The notes beneath the pieces are model-generated. The model was not told where the DNA came from. It did no database searches and worked only from the letters and a program-made list of their open reading frames with translations. Shown here in pieces: positions 1-9,875 of a DNA stretch of 64,000 nt (the first letter of the stretch is position 1; every line of letters starts with the position of its first letter). This stretch comes from an uncultured Candidatus Saccharibacteria bacterium (GTDB taxonomy: Bacteria; Patescibacteriota; Saccharimonadia; Saccharimonadales; Saccharimonadaceae): positions 4,716 to 68,715 of the forward strand of contig CAMYZS010000003.1 in assembly GCA_947303945.1 (NCBI GenBank). Reading direction: 5' to 3'. Both the position numbers and the translations under genes were made by a program.

Positions 1-2530
1 GTTCGTGAGAGATTGCGTCCCCTTCTGGCAGTAGATGAATATACTTTTCAACATCGGCACCCGAGTCGATCAACGCCTTTAGTGAAACATGGCGGCGCAA
101 CCCTATAATTGTATCGGTATACGTCTTTTGATCCGTAAGCCCCATATCGCTTTCGCTTGGATTAGCAAACAATAGCTCAACCTCTTCCTTGGTGAGACTA
201 TAGTCTTTTCCGCTTACGACCTTCTTCTCTATGCCTGTTATAGTAGCATTTTTAGCAGTCCTCTCTCGTAGTAATTTGCTTACCTCCGAGAGACTCAGAC
301 GCCCTGACCATTCACCTAAGACAGTCTCATCTAGAGCATCAATGCGTTGTTCAGCCCGAAAAATCGAATCAACGAATCTCTTGCGATGTTTTCTCGGTAG
401 AGACAATAAATAAGAACGGATCGTCATTAATTCTCGCAAGTTTTTCGCAGACTGAATACGCCCATCAAAGTCGCCCGCTCTTTTTAGTAGAACACTCATA
501 GCATACTCTTTATTCGTATATGGATCTACCTGCGGGTTGTAGCATTCTTGTAGCACTAAGTTCAACCGACGAGCAATATCGTCTAAACCGCTAGCACGAA
601 ATCGCGATAGCACAGAACGCTCCGCTTCCCGATATAGCTGATTATTGCCTAAATTAACTTCACCCTCTCTCCAAAAAAGATCGCCATTGTTATCATTCTC
701 TCCCCAGATTACCTTTTTATTAACACTATCAAACTTCGTAACGTAACTACGCTGCGCCAATTCGTAACACATCTCATCAAAATTATCATCGCGCTCACTA
801 TAGTGTTTGGATTCATTTATTCGAATAGCCTGATTTACAATATAACGAAAAACTCCCTCGCGACAGTCTATCGCCTCTTTGTAGAATCGGAGCATCCTTT
901 TCTCTTCCCATTCGTCTATATCAACAGTGGAATACTTCTTAATAAACTCGATCTCTTCTTCTATTGTTCTGCGACCACTTAGAATAGCTTTATAGTCCGG
1001 CGTTAACTTAATCGATAAGCTCTCGTTTGGTCGTCCATACATTTCCCAATACAACCCCCCAGTACTATAGCCACGTTTTTCAATAGGGTGATGATAGCCT
1101 TTGCGATCCTCCCAGTAAAAATCGTCACAATAATACACCTCACCCTTATCGAAATACCCCACTCGTCCAGCTCTTCCCGATATCTGATCAAATAGATTTT
1201 TGCTAATTGGCCTACTCTCATTATATTTTGCCAACTGGCCAAAAGTCGTCATTCTAACAGGCAGATTCAGACCATATGCCACCGCATCCGTTGCAGCAAT
1301 CGCGTCAATCAGCCGGCCGGTAAAGGCTCTCTTCACGAAGGCCTTCTCTTTTGGCAGCATATCACCGTAATAGGTAGATATTCCGTACTCCGCCCATTTT
1401 ATCAATTCCTCGTTATCAATATTTAGCTCATTGGCAAGCTTTTTAATCTCTTGCGTGCGCGCGTCATCATATACAAATGAAGTAACGACAGGTTGAACTT
1501 CTTCAATCTCAACATCCTCATATTCTCTGCGCTCCTCATCGTCATCGTCGTCGTCATCATACTCATCGTCGCGCTCTTCCTCTATGTGGTAACTTCGCTT
1601 AATCCCGTCTGCTCTTGCCTCTAACAGCGTATCAGCAACGATCTTGCAGTTCTTTACTGAAAATGAGACTACCAGAGCATCCTGTATGTCCTCTACGCCA
1701 ATTCTGCCCCTTCTCTCCAATTCCGTCAGACGAGCTTTGTTTTCATAGCAACAATACCTCTGACCAGTGATTTCCTCTATATATCCTACGGTTTTTTGTA
1801 CCTTACCAAATGTAGCTGAACAAACTAATAAATTCTCCGCTTTTGAATTTAGTAGACCATCAACATACGCCCTTGCCCTGTCTGAATTCTCGGAAACAAA
1901 ATTAAATTCATCAACAATTAAAGTCGCGTTTTCATCGTCTGCATATTTGTTTGTATAAATCTCTTGAGTACAACAGATATAATCGGCGTCTTCGGGAATA
2001 ATTTTGCTCTCCCCCGTCTCAAGACCGACCTTATAGCCCATCTTTTTTAAGTTAAGAAAGTGCTCCTCGGAGAGGGCTCTAATGGGCGATGTAACATATA
2101 TCGTATGGTGAGATTCATTATTGTCTTTTTCAGCCTTCTCCTTCTTTTGTCTTGCCCAATCTAAAAATACCGCGGTTTTTCCCGTATTAGTCGGAGAAGA
2201 AAGCACTACGTAACTTTCGTTTTTTATCCGTTCTAGACATTCAATTTGCCAGTCATAATAGCGCTTAGGAAAGCCTTCTTCATCTTGGCGTAATACTTGA
2301 TCATCATTCGAGAGAAACTCTTTAAGTCGTGTAACTTTGTCACCAATTCGATAAGTAAGCGGCTTCGATGCATTTTCATCTATTAGCGTATCATTTTCCG
2401 GACCATCTTCAGTGCTAACATATGGTTCATCGTAATAATCTGCATCAAGCTCTTGATATGCACGCGAATCCAACTCGTCATCCTCGGGCTGCGTTTGCGA
2501 TCTTTGAGAATCAAAGCGTTGTTCGACCAT
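1..2530 (-). CDS. Superfamily-2 DEAD/DEAH-box (Ski2-like) helicase; 3' end lies beyond the window start
   Basis: Absent from the ORF track because it is open to the window edge. Hand translation of the minus strand from ATG 2530-2528 gives an unbroken >840-codon frame (MVEQRFDSQRSQTQPEDDELDS...). Motifs: I SSPTNTGKT, II LIVDEFNF, III CSATFG, VI QISGRAGRVG. Poly-acidic insert EEERDDEYDDDDDDDEERREYED. Confidence 0.85.
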   Translation of the reverse strand, partial: MVEQRFDSQRSQTQPEDDELDSRAYQELDADYYDEPYVSTEDGPENDTLIDENASKPLTYRIGDKVTRLKEFLSNDDQVLRQDEEGFPKRYYDWQIECLERIKNESYVVLSSPTNTGKTAVFLDWARQKKEKAEKDNNESHHTIYVTSPIRALSEEHFLNLKKMGYKVGLETGESKIIPEDADYICCTQEIYTNKYADDENATLIVDEFNFVSENSDRARAYVDGLLNSKAENLLVCSATFGKVQKTVGYIEEITGQRYCCYENKARLTELERRGRIGVEDIQDALVVSFSVKNCKIVADTLLEARADGIKRSYHIEEERDDEYDDDDDDDEERREYEDVEIEEVQPVVTSFVYDDARTQEIKKLANELNIDNEELIKWAEYGISTYYGDMLPKEKAFVKRAFTGRLIDAIAATDAVAYGLNLPVRMTTFGQLAKYNESRPISKNLFDQISGRAGRVGYFDKGEVYYCDDFYWEDRKGYHHPIEKRGYSTGGLYWEMYGRPNESLSIKLTPDYKAILSGRRTIEEEIEFIKKYSTVDIDEWEEKRMLRFYKEAIDCREGVFRYIVNQAIRINESKHYSERDDNFDEMCYELAQRSYVTKFDSVNKKVIWGENDNNGDLFWREGEVNLGNNQLYREAERSVLSRFRASGLDDIARRLNLVLQECYNPQVDPYTNKEYAMSVLLKRAGDFDGRIQSAKNLRELMTIRSYLLSLPRKHRKRFVDSIFRAEQRIDALDETVLGEWSGRLSLSEVSKLLRERTAKNATITGIEKKVVSGKDYSLTKEEVELLFANPSESDMGLTDQKTYTDTIIGLRRHVSLKALIDSGADVEKYIHLLPEGDAISHE

Positions 2531-2650
2531 ATACTCATATTATACTATAACCGTTAATAGAAATAAGACGCCTATCATCCGTAAGCTACTACAACAAATA
2601 ACGCAATTATCATGAAAATTTTTTCTCCTCTTTTATAAAGACTAAACCGC

Positions 2651-2680
2651 AACAAAAAAACGCCCAAAAGGCGTTTTAAG
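2651..2680 (-). terminator. Intrinsic terminator downstream of the 16S rRNA
   Basis: Minus-strand hairpin AAACGCC / GGCGTTT (plus-strand aaacgcc-caaaa-ggcgttt) followed by a T7 run. It lies just 3' of the 16S processing stem. Confidence 0.6.
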
Positions 2681-2830
2681 ACGTTCTTAACAACTTAGTT
2701 GTGCAATCACTTCATCGTAGTATCTGAAGCTTATGTTGCATCTGGTAAACCAGAAAATTAGTAAATTAAGCTTATACCTACTATTGCAACCGACCTAGCT
2801 ACACTATGAGATAGTGCGCTTTTTCTCCCT

Positions 2831-4338
<1,508 letters not shown>

Positions 4339-4584
4339 TGCTACCTAAAAGGTAGGCTTTTGAAAAAATTTGATAAATCAAACATTCGAACGAAATAGAA
4401 AAACTTGTTTTGCTATTTCTGAGAATGTGCAGATTTATATCTTAGTGAAACTAAGATAAAACTCAAATAAAAGACTGACGATGATAATTAATTGCACAAC
4501 TAAATTGTTAAAAAACATAAAATTTAAAAGCTCAGCTAACAAGGGTGTCAAATATAATTGTCCTCTCGCAGTTGAACTGTTCTT

Positions 4585-4613
4585 ATCTTATATTACCCCA
4601 ATTAAACTGTCAA
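4585..4613 (-). promoter_or_regulatory. Candidate sigma70-type promoter of the 16S unit
   Basis: Minus strand reads TTGACA (4613-4608), 17 nt spacer, TAAGAT (4590-4585). A boxA-like TTTTTTAACAA lies downstream in the leader. Confidence 0.45.
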
Positions 4614-4665
4614 GCACTTTTTTAAACTTTTTTAAAATCAACCAAAAACCCACCCAAAAATCGCA

Positions 4666-5130
4666 TTAAAACCACAAAAAACAACAATAGCCAAGGATAA
4701 CGCCTAGCACTGCACCCACGCAAACCTGCGGAACCGTATGCCCCTCCACCACCTTCATTTTGCGCATCTTTTTGCCGTTATCCGACTCTGCAATAATATT
4801 TAATAGCTTCCCCTGCTCTCCAACCGCAAAGCGCACATTTACCGCATCGTAGACCACAATAATCGTCGTAGCAAGTGCCAATACAAACAAACCCGACGTA
4901 AAGCCATTTTGAAGCCCCATAAAGACCGTCAAGCCAGTAAAACTAGCCGTATGCCCACTTGGCATGCCGCCACTACGCGTAAAACAGTCTATGACTTCAG
5001 AAAAACTCAAGATGCGCTTCTTAGTAATAAGATCACCCACAAACTTCCCCGCCTGCGCAAAAAACCACCCCAACACAAAAGCAATCAAACCCCCAATACA
5101 ATTCGAGTCCATAACCATACTATAGCACAA
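4666..5130 (-). CDS. Divergent PAP2 family (DUF212/YuiD-like) membrane protein
   Basis: 154 aa ORF, multi-TM, with the motif SGGMPSGHTASF typical of the divergent PAP2/acid phosphatase-like family. Confidence 0.7.
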   Translation of the reverse strand: MCYSMVMDSNCIGGLIAFVLGWFFAQAGKFVGDLITKKRILSFSEVIDCFTRSGGMPSGHTASFTGLTVFMGLQNGFTSGLFVLALATTIIVVYDAVNVRFAVGEQGKLLNIIAESDNGKKMRKMKVVEGHTVPQVCVGAVLGVILGYCCFLWF

Positions 5131-5165
5131 CCGCTACTCTGCCAATTCGAATCTGCACAAAAACC

Positions 5166-5194
5166 TTGACAAAGTTCATATATATAAGTAAAAT
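5166..5194 (+). promoter_or_regulatory. Candidate promoter of the vapBC-like operon
   Basis: TTGACA (5166-5171), 17 nt, TAAAAT (5189-5194). A direct repeat attcatata x2 (about 5192-5219) between the -10 and the start codon could be the antitoxin operator. Confidence 0.5.
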
Positions 5195-5233
5195 TCATAT
5201 AAAACTTAATTATTCATATAGCAGAGAAATAAT

Positions 5234-5542
5234 ATGGAATTTACTACAGTTATAGGAAAAACTGGGCAAATCACCTTGCCCAGCAAAATCCGCCAGATTA
5301 TCAACGCCACCCCAGGCGATAAAGTCGTCTTCCATGTCGACAACAACAATCGTATCACCATCAAAAAACAAAAGACCACTAATGAGATCTTTTCCGAGCT
5401 CGACCAAATCAGAACACAACTCCCTAGTAGCACCCAACGACACATTCACGAGAATGCCGGAAAAACCATTACCGACTTTCGTAGTGACTGGCTAAAATCA
5501 GAAGCCAATAAACAGGCACTCAAGGAGGAATATGGCTGCTAA
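5234..5542 (+). CDS. vapB: AbrB/MazE/SpoVT-type antitoxin (VapB-like)
   Basis: 102 aa. The N-terminal swapped-hairpin motif reads TVIGKTGQITLPSKIRQIINATPGDKVVFHVDNNNRITIKK. It overlaps the downstream PIN gene by 11 nt. Confidence 0.8.
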   Translation: MEFTTVIGKTGQITLPSKIRQIINATPGDKVVFHVDNNNRITIKKQKTTNEIFSELDQIRTQLPSSTQRHIHENAGKTITDFRSDWLKSEANKQALKEEYGC

Positions 5543-5936
5543 TCCCGAGTCAATCGATACCAATATCATTCTTCGCGCTATTCTAAACGACATCCCCGAA
5601 CAATGCCAAAAAGCGCGCAAGCTTCTATCTCGCCCCAATTCTTCCCTGCACGTCTCCGACCTAGCCATCGCCGAAACAGTATTCGTTCTTGAGAAATGTC
5701 TATGCTACAACCGTGATACTATCGCTAAAGTACTCAACCTCTTCCTTAGCACACCCTCACTAAACTATAACGCCGGCCTCTTTACGAATGTTTTTCCATT
5801 CTATGTCGAGCATCCGCAATTATCGTTTAATGATTGCTGTCTCGCCGTCTATGCCGCCCTCAACCAAGCTGAGCCACTTTGGACTTTCGATCGCAAACTT
5901 GCTATCCAGTCCCCCACCGCTAAAGAATTAATATAA
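5532..5936 (+). CDS. vapC: PIN-domain ribonuclease toxin (VapC-like)
   Basis: 134 aa. N-terminal acidic signature SIDTNIILRAIL, size and genetic context fit type II TA VapC. Confidence 0.8.
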   Translation: MAANPESIDTNIILRAILNDIPEQCQKARKLLSRPNSSLHVSDLAIAETVFVLEKCLCYNRDTIAKVLNLFLSTPSLNYNAGLFTNVFPFYVEHPQLSFNDCCLAVYAALNQAEPLWTFDRKLAIQSPTAKELI

Positions 5937-5984
5937 TAAATACGGCAATAAATATCTATCAGCCTAGCTGGTGGCCTTATCCCA

Positions 5985-6012
5985 AGAAAAAAGCGACCCA
6001 CGCGGAGTCGCC
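5985..6012 (-). terminator. Intrinsic terminator ending the large ncRNA candidate
   Basis: Minus strand reads GGCGACTCCGCGTGGGTCGC followed by TTTTTT. There is no T-run in the plus orientation, so it is strand-specific. Confidence 0.6.
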
Positions 6013-7005
6013 AATTCATACAAAGTGCCAGGAAGATTTTGGCTTGGGGCCATACTTCCAACTGTTTTCCTCCGTTCCTTATCGTATCCCTACGGTTTGG
6101 TAACGGAAACACTCCATCATTGTTGAGCCACAGACATCTCTTGTCAGGTCTCGCGCTTTCAAACGGTTGGCCGACCGCTCTACTCACACTCCTCTAACAT
6201 GAGATTTGCACGCCTACGTGTGTTTAGTTGGGAAGCCTCGCAGAAGCAACCCCCGCACGAACCGAGCGAATACAACCAGCGGAGCCCGCCAGACCAACCC
6301 GAAGGCTGGTAGAAGTTTGCAGACGCAAATCATTCTTCATATTCTTAGCAAGGCTTCCTTGCTGCCACCCGGTACCACTTACCTTCCACCCTTTGGTGGA
6401 CCCCCGAGGCATCCAATAGCACCTCTGTACTATCGGTCGAGGTCGAGTTTTGGGAGGTTTCTCTTGGTTTTCGAGGCCAAGAGATCGCGACGCCCTGTGG
6501 GTTAGCAAATAGATTTGCGGTCTATCGCATCGCCACCTTCTCTCTTCGGATCCCCACTCGGGAATCCTCCGCCGTCATCGTGTCCCACTCTTAGGTTCGT
6601 GTGCTGTACAATGTTCGCTCGCCTTACGATTGGCTCGCTCTGAAGTGTCAATACTGCACAGTTTTTACGTTCCATTTCTGAAATACGCATAGAGCCACAT
6701 TACTGCAGCCCCTCAATACTCACTATCATACACGCAGGCAATTCCACCTTTGATAGCTTTCTCGTGTCTAGGCGCCAAAAGACGCCGACTGTGCATCCAG
6801 CCAAGGCAGGGGTTGCATCCCACCTCTACAACTGGTTTGGCAAAAGTATGAATCCACCGCCCTCAGGCGATGCGTCGATGGAATAATGTCCCAGCATTAT
6901 CCCGCCGGCGCCTCGCCTGAGGCAGCCATGATATTAGTAAGTATTGAAGAAATCTTTTAAAAAACATAATTGCACGGTCTTGGTCTGTGCTTACCTCCGC
7001 GCAAC
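5988..7005 (-). ncRNA. Candidate large (about 1 kb) structured non-coding RNA, family unknown
   Basis: The unit is bounded by a near-consensus promoter (7041-7013) and an intrinsic terminator (about 5988-6012). It is visibly GC-richer than its flanks. Only short ORFs occur, overlapping on both strands and without an RBS. Many perfect hairpins are present: 6861-6870 pairs with 6913-6922 (10 bp), 6293-6310 (7 bp, UUCG loop on the minus strand), 6460-6467 with 6477-6484 (8 bp), and 6548-6567 (8 bp). Confidence 0.45.
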
Positions 7006-7012
7006 TGTTCAT

Positions 7013-7041
7013 ACTATAACAAATCTGCTCATTTTTGTAAA
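7013..7041 (-). promoter_or_regulatory. Near-consensus sigma70-type promoter facing the ncRNA candidate
   Basis: Minus strand reads TTTACA (7041-7036), 17 nt, TATAGT (7018-7013). It lies downstream of the gyrA terminator. Confidence 0.55.
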
Positions 7042-7159
7042 GTGCCACGGTGCAAACGCAAGCCACAACAGAGGTAGAACAATGCAAATTTTTGTAAAAA
7101 CAGCATTTACAACTATTTATTTTTCATCAAAATTCCTATGCAAAAAACAACCATACTCA

Positions 7160-7196
7160 CAAAAATATTCCAGAGCCCATAGACTCTGGAATATTT
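7160..7196 (-). terminator. Intrinsic terminator after gyrA
   Basis: 12 bp perfect stem aatattccagag (7164-7175) / ctctggaatatt (7184-7195), with a T-run on the minus strand. Confidence 0.7.
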
Positions 7197-7220
7197 ATTA
7201 AGAGCTTAAAGGTATTTCTT

Positions 7221-9863
7221 TTATGACTTTTTCTCAGTCTTCTCGACCTTCTCCACCTTTTCGGCGACTCCGCCTTCCTCGGCTTCTTCCTCTTGCGGAA
7301 TAATACCAATCGAGGCTACCGTATCATTATCATTCAAACGCATTACGCGCACCCCCTGCGTCGCGCGACCAAGCGTTGGAATATCCTTCACAGCTACCCT
7401 AATCGCCTGTCCGCCCGTCGACATCATAATAATCTCTTTCGCCTCTGGATCAAGTGTATGTACTGCTGCAATCGGGCCAGTCTTCGCTGTTACCGCCGCT
7501 ACCTTCACACCTACGCCCCCACGCTTATGTGGCGGGAAGTTCGTTGCTGCCGTCATCTTACCGTAGCCCTTCGTTGAGATTACAATCAGCTTCTGACTCT
7601 TCGGATCAGATACAACATCCATACCTACAACAGTATCATTTGGACGTAAACGTACACCGCGTACACCACGCGCCGAACGGCCCATTGGGCGTACATCCTT
7701 CTCATTAAAGCGTACCGCCTGGCCAGCCGAAGTCGAGATAATAATATCATTCTCGCCCGTCGTACCACGCACCCAGCGTAGCTCATCGCCCTCGTCAAGT
7801 TTAATCGTAATTAAACCATTAGTGCGAATATTGGCATAATCTTTCAACGAAGTCTTTTTAATTGTGCCCTTAGAAGTCGTCATAAAGAGATAGCCATTTT
7901 CACCCGCCTCGTCTCCTTGCTTAATTACAGCCGTAATCTTCTCTTCCGGATGTAAATTCAATAAGTTAACCGAAGCCGTACCCTTCGCTACTAATGATGA
8001 CTGTGGAATTTCGTAGGCCTTTATCCGGAAAATGCGACCTTGATTAGTGAAAAATAGCAAATAATCGTGCGAAGAAGCCGTAATAATCGTGTCAATCACA
8101 TCTTCTTCCTTCGTTGTCATACCGCGACGCCCCTTACCGCCACGATTCTGCTTCTTGAAGTCATTTTGCAAAACACGCTTGACATAGCCTTGCGCCGTCA
8201 AGAGCACTACGCTCTCCTCGTCTGGAATCAAGTCCTCCTCGGCAAATTTACCAAGCTCGTGATTATAAATCTTACTCCTACGCTTGTCGCCATACTTCTC
8301 TTTCATTGCTAGAAGCTCTTCTTTAATTACGTCAAGAATCGCCTGCTCAGAAGCTAAAATCCCTTCAAGCTTCGCAATTAACTCTCGAAGTTCCTTCAAT
8401 TCGTTTTCGATCTTATCACGCTCGAGTCCTTGGAGACGACGTAGCTGCATTGCCAGAATAGCTGCCGCCTGCACTTCGGATAAGCCAAAGCGTTCCATTA
8501 AACGCTTGTCCGCATCGTCGTAAGATTCGCGAATTGTCTTGATAACCTCATCGATATGATCAAGTGCAATCTTCAACCCCTCCAAGATATGCGCACGTTC
8601 TTTTGCCTTATTTAGATCAAACTCCGTACGACGACGTACTACTTTTTGACGATGCTTAATAAACTCCGCCAAAATTTCCTTAAGCCCCATCACCTTTGGC
8701 TGAATACCATCAACCAGCGCCAATACATTGTAGTGGAACGAGGTCTGCAAACCGGTTAATTTATAAAGTTGATTCAAGATTTTCTTCGGAAAAGCATCTT
8801 TCTTGAGCTCTACTACCACGCGAATTTTGCCGCGCGCCGACTCGTCACGCGCATCGGCAATATGATCCAGCTTCTTTGCAAGCACGAGCTCGCGTACCTT
8901 ATCTACAAAAGCCTCTTTGCTCATACCATAAGGTACTTCTGTAATCACAATATTGAAACGGCCATTTTTACGCTCCTCAATATTCGTTACCGCCCGAATC
9001 GTCACCGAACCGCGACCAGTCTCATAAGCCTGCACCATCGGTGCACCGCCATAGACTTCCGCCCCCGTCGGAAAATCCGGACCCTTCACATGTTTCATTA
9101 ATTCCTTCAGAGTAATATCCGGGTTATCAATTTGTGCAATCGTCGCATCGACCACTTCGCCAAGATTATGCGGCGGAATATTCGTTGCCATACCAACCGC
9201 AATACCCATCTGGCCGTTCAAGAGAATATTCGGTACTGCTGAAGGCAATACGACCGGCTCCTGTTCGGTACCATCAAAGTTATCACGAAAATCAACCGTA
9301 TTCTTCTCAATGTCAGCCAACAGCTCCACGCCCAACTTATCCATGCGCGCCTCAGTATAACGCTGAGCAGCCGGTTCATCGCCATCCATCGAACCGAAGT
9401 TACCCTGACCTTCTACCAAGGTGTAGCGCATCTTCCACGGCTGCGCCAAGTTCACCATCGATTCGTAAATCGAGGAATCACCATGCGGGTGATAAGAACC
9501 CATCACATCGCCGACAATCTTCGCCGATTTTACCGTTGGATGAGGCGGCTTATACCCCTTCTTATTCATCGCATAAAGAATACGGCGGTTTACCGGCTTC
9601 AAACCATCACGCACATCTGGCAAAGCGCGATCAATCAGTACCGACATCGAATAGCGCAAAAAGCTATCCTCCATCACACTCTCGACAGTCAACTCTTCAA
9701 CGCCATCTTCGGCTACATGCGCCTTCAGGCCGCCGACTTTAACAACCTCTTCCTCTTCAGGCTCGGTCTGGTAATCGCCTAGAGTTTCGTCAACGCCCTT
9801 ATCGTCGCTCGCGTCTGACACCCCACCAACTTTGCTCTTATCTTTCTCGTCTTTATCTGCCAT
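7221..9863 (-). CDS. gyrA: DNA gyrase subunit A
   Basis: 880 aa with ...[24 protein letters not shown]... and the catalytic region [19 protein letters not shown] lies upstream. It has an acidic N-terminal extension of about 55 aa and an acidic C-terminal tail. Confidence 0.98.
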   Translation of the reverse strand: MADKDEKDKSKVGGVSDASDDKGVDETLGDYQTEPEEEEVVKVGGLKAHVAEDGVEELTVESVMEDSFLRYSMSVLIDRALPDVRDGLKPVNRRILYAMNKKGYKPPHPTVKSAKIVGDVMGSYHPHGDSSIYESMVNLAQPWKMRYTLVEGQGNFGSMDGDEPAAQRYTEARMDKLGVELLADIEKNTVDFRDNFDGTEQEPVVLPSAVPNILLNGQMGIAVGMATNIPPHNLGEVVDATIAQIDNPDITLKELMKHVKGPDFPTGAEVYGGAPMVQAYETGRGSVTIRAVTNIEERKNGRFNIVITEVPYGMSKEAFVDKVRELVLAKKLDHIADARDESARGKIRVVVELKKDAFPKKILNQLYKLTGLQTSFHYNVLALVDGIQPKVMGLKEILAEFIKHRQKVVRRRTEFDLNKAKERAHILEGLKIALDHIDEVIKTIRESYDDADKRLMERFGLSEVQAAAILAMQLRRLQGLERDKIENELKELRELIAKLEGILASEQAILDVIKEELLAMKEKYGDKRRSKIYNHELGKFAEEDLIPDEESVVLLTAQGYVKRVLQNDFKKQNRGGKGRRGMTTKEEDVIDTIITASSHDYLLFFTNQGRIFRIKAYEIPQSSLVAKGTASVNLLNLHPEEKITAVIKQGDEAGENGYLFMTTSKGTIKKTSLKDYANIRTNGLITIKLDEGDELRWVRGTTGENDIIISTSAGQAVRFNEKDVRPMGRSARGVRGVRLRPNDTVVGMDVVSDPKSQKLIVISTKGYGKMTAATNFPPHKRGGVGVKVAAVTAKTGPIAAVHTLDPEAKEIIMMSTGGQAIRVAVKDIPTLGRATQGVRVMRLNDNDTVASIGIIPQEEEAEEGGVAEKVEKVEKTEKKS

Positions 9864-9875
9864 TTTTCTTTCTCC

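Noticed and set aside
5988-7005. The large non-coding block considered as a displaced 23S/5S fragment, SRP RNA, second RNase P, or ORF-less group II intron
   Set aside because: I could not find the diagnostic motifs: the 23S 5' GGATGCCTTGGC context, the 5S CCGAAC loop, the SRP GGAA/AGCA helix 8, RNase P CR-I/P4, or the group II GUGYG 5' end and domain V. Only a formal Rfam scan can exclude these completely.
5849-7087. ORFs 5849-6187(-), 6206-6505(+), 6224-6508(-), 6228-6419(+), 6502-6690(-) and 6863-7087(-) considered as protein genes
   Set aside because: They overlap one another on both strands, lack Shine-Dalgarno sequences, and have Arg/Pro/Gly-rich nonsense compositions. One starts upstream of the mapped promoter. 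This pattern fits a GC-rich non-coding RNA region better.
9134-9742. 202-aa plus-strand ORF, and several 80-110 aa ORFs, antisense to gyrA/gyrB
   Set aside because: They lie antisense within strongly supported gyrase genes and have low-complexity, Pro/Ser/Arg-rich products. These are typical shadow ORFs.
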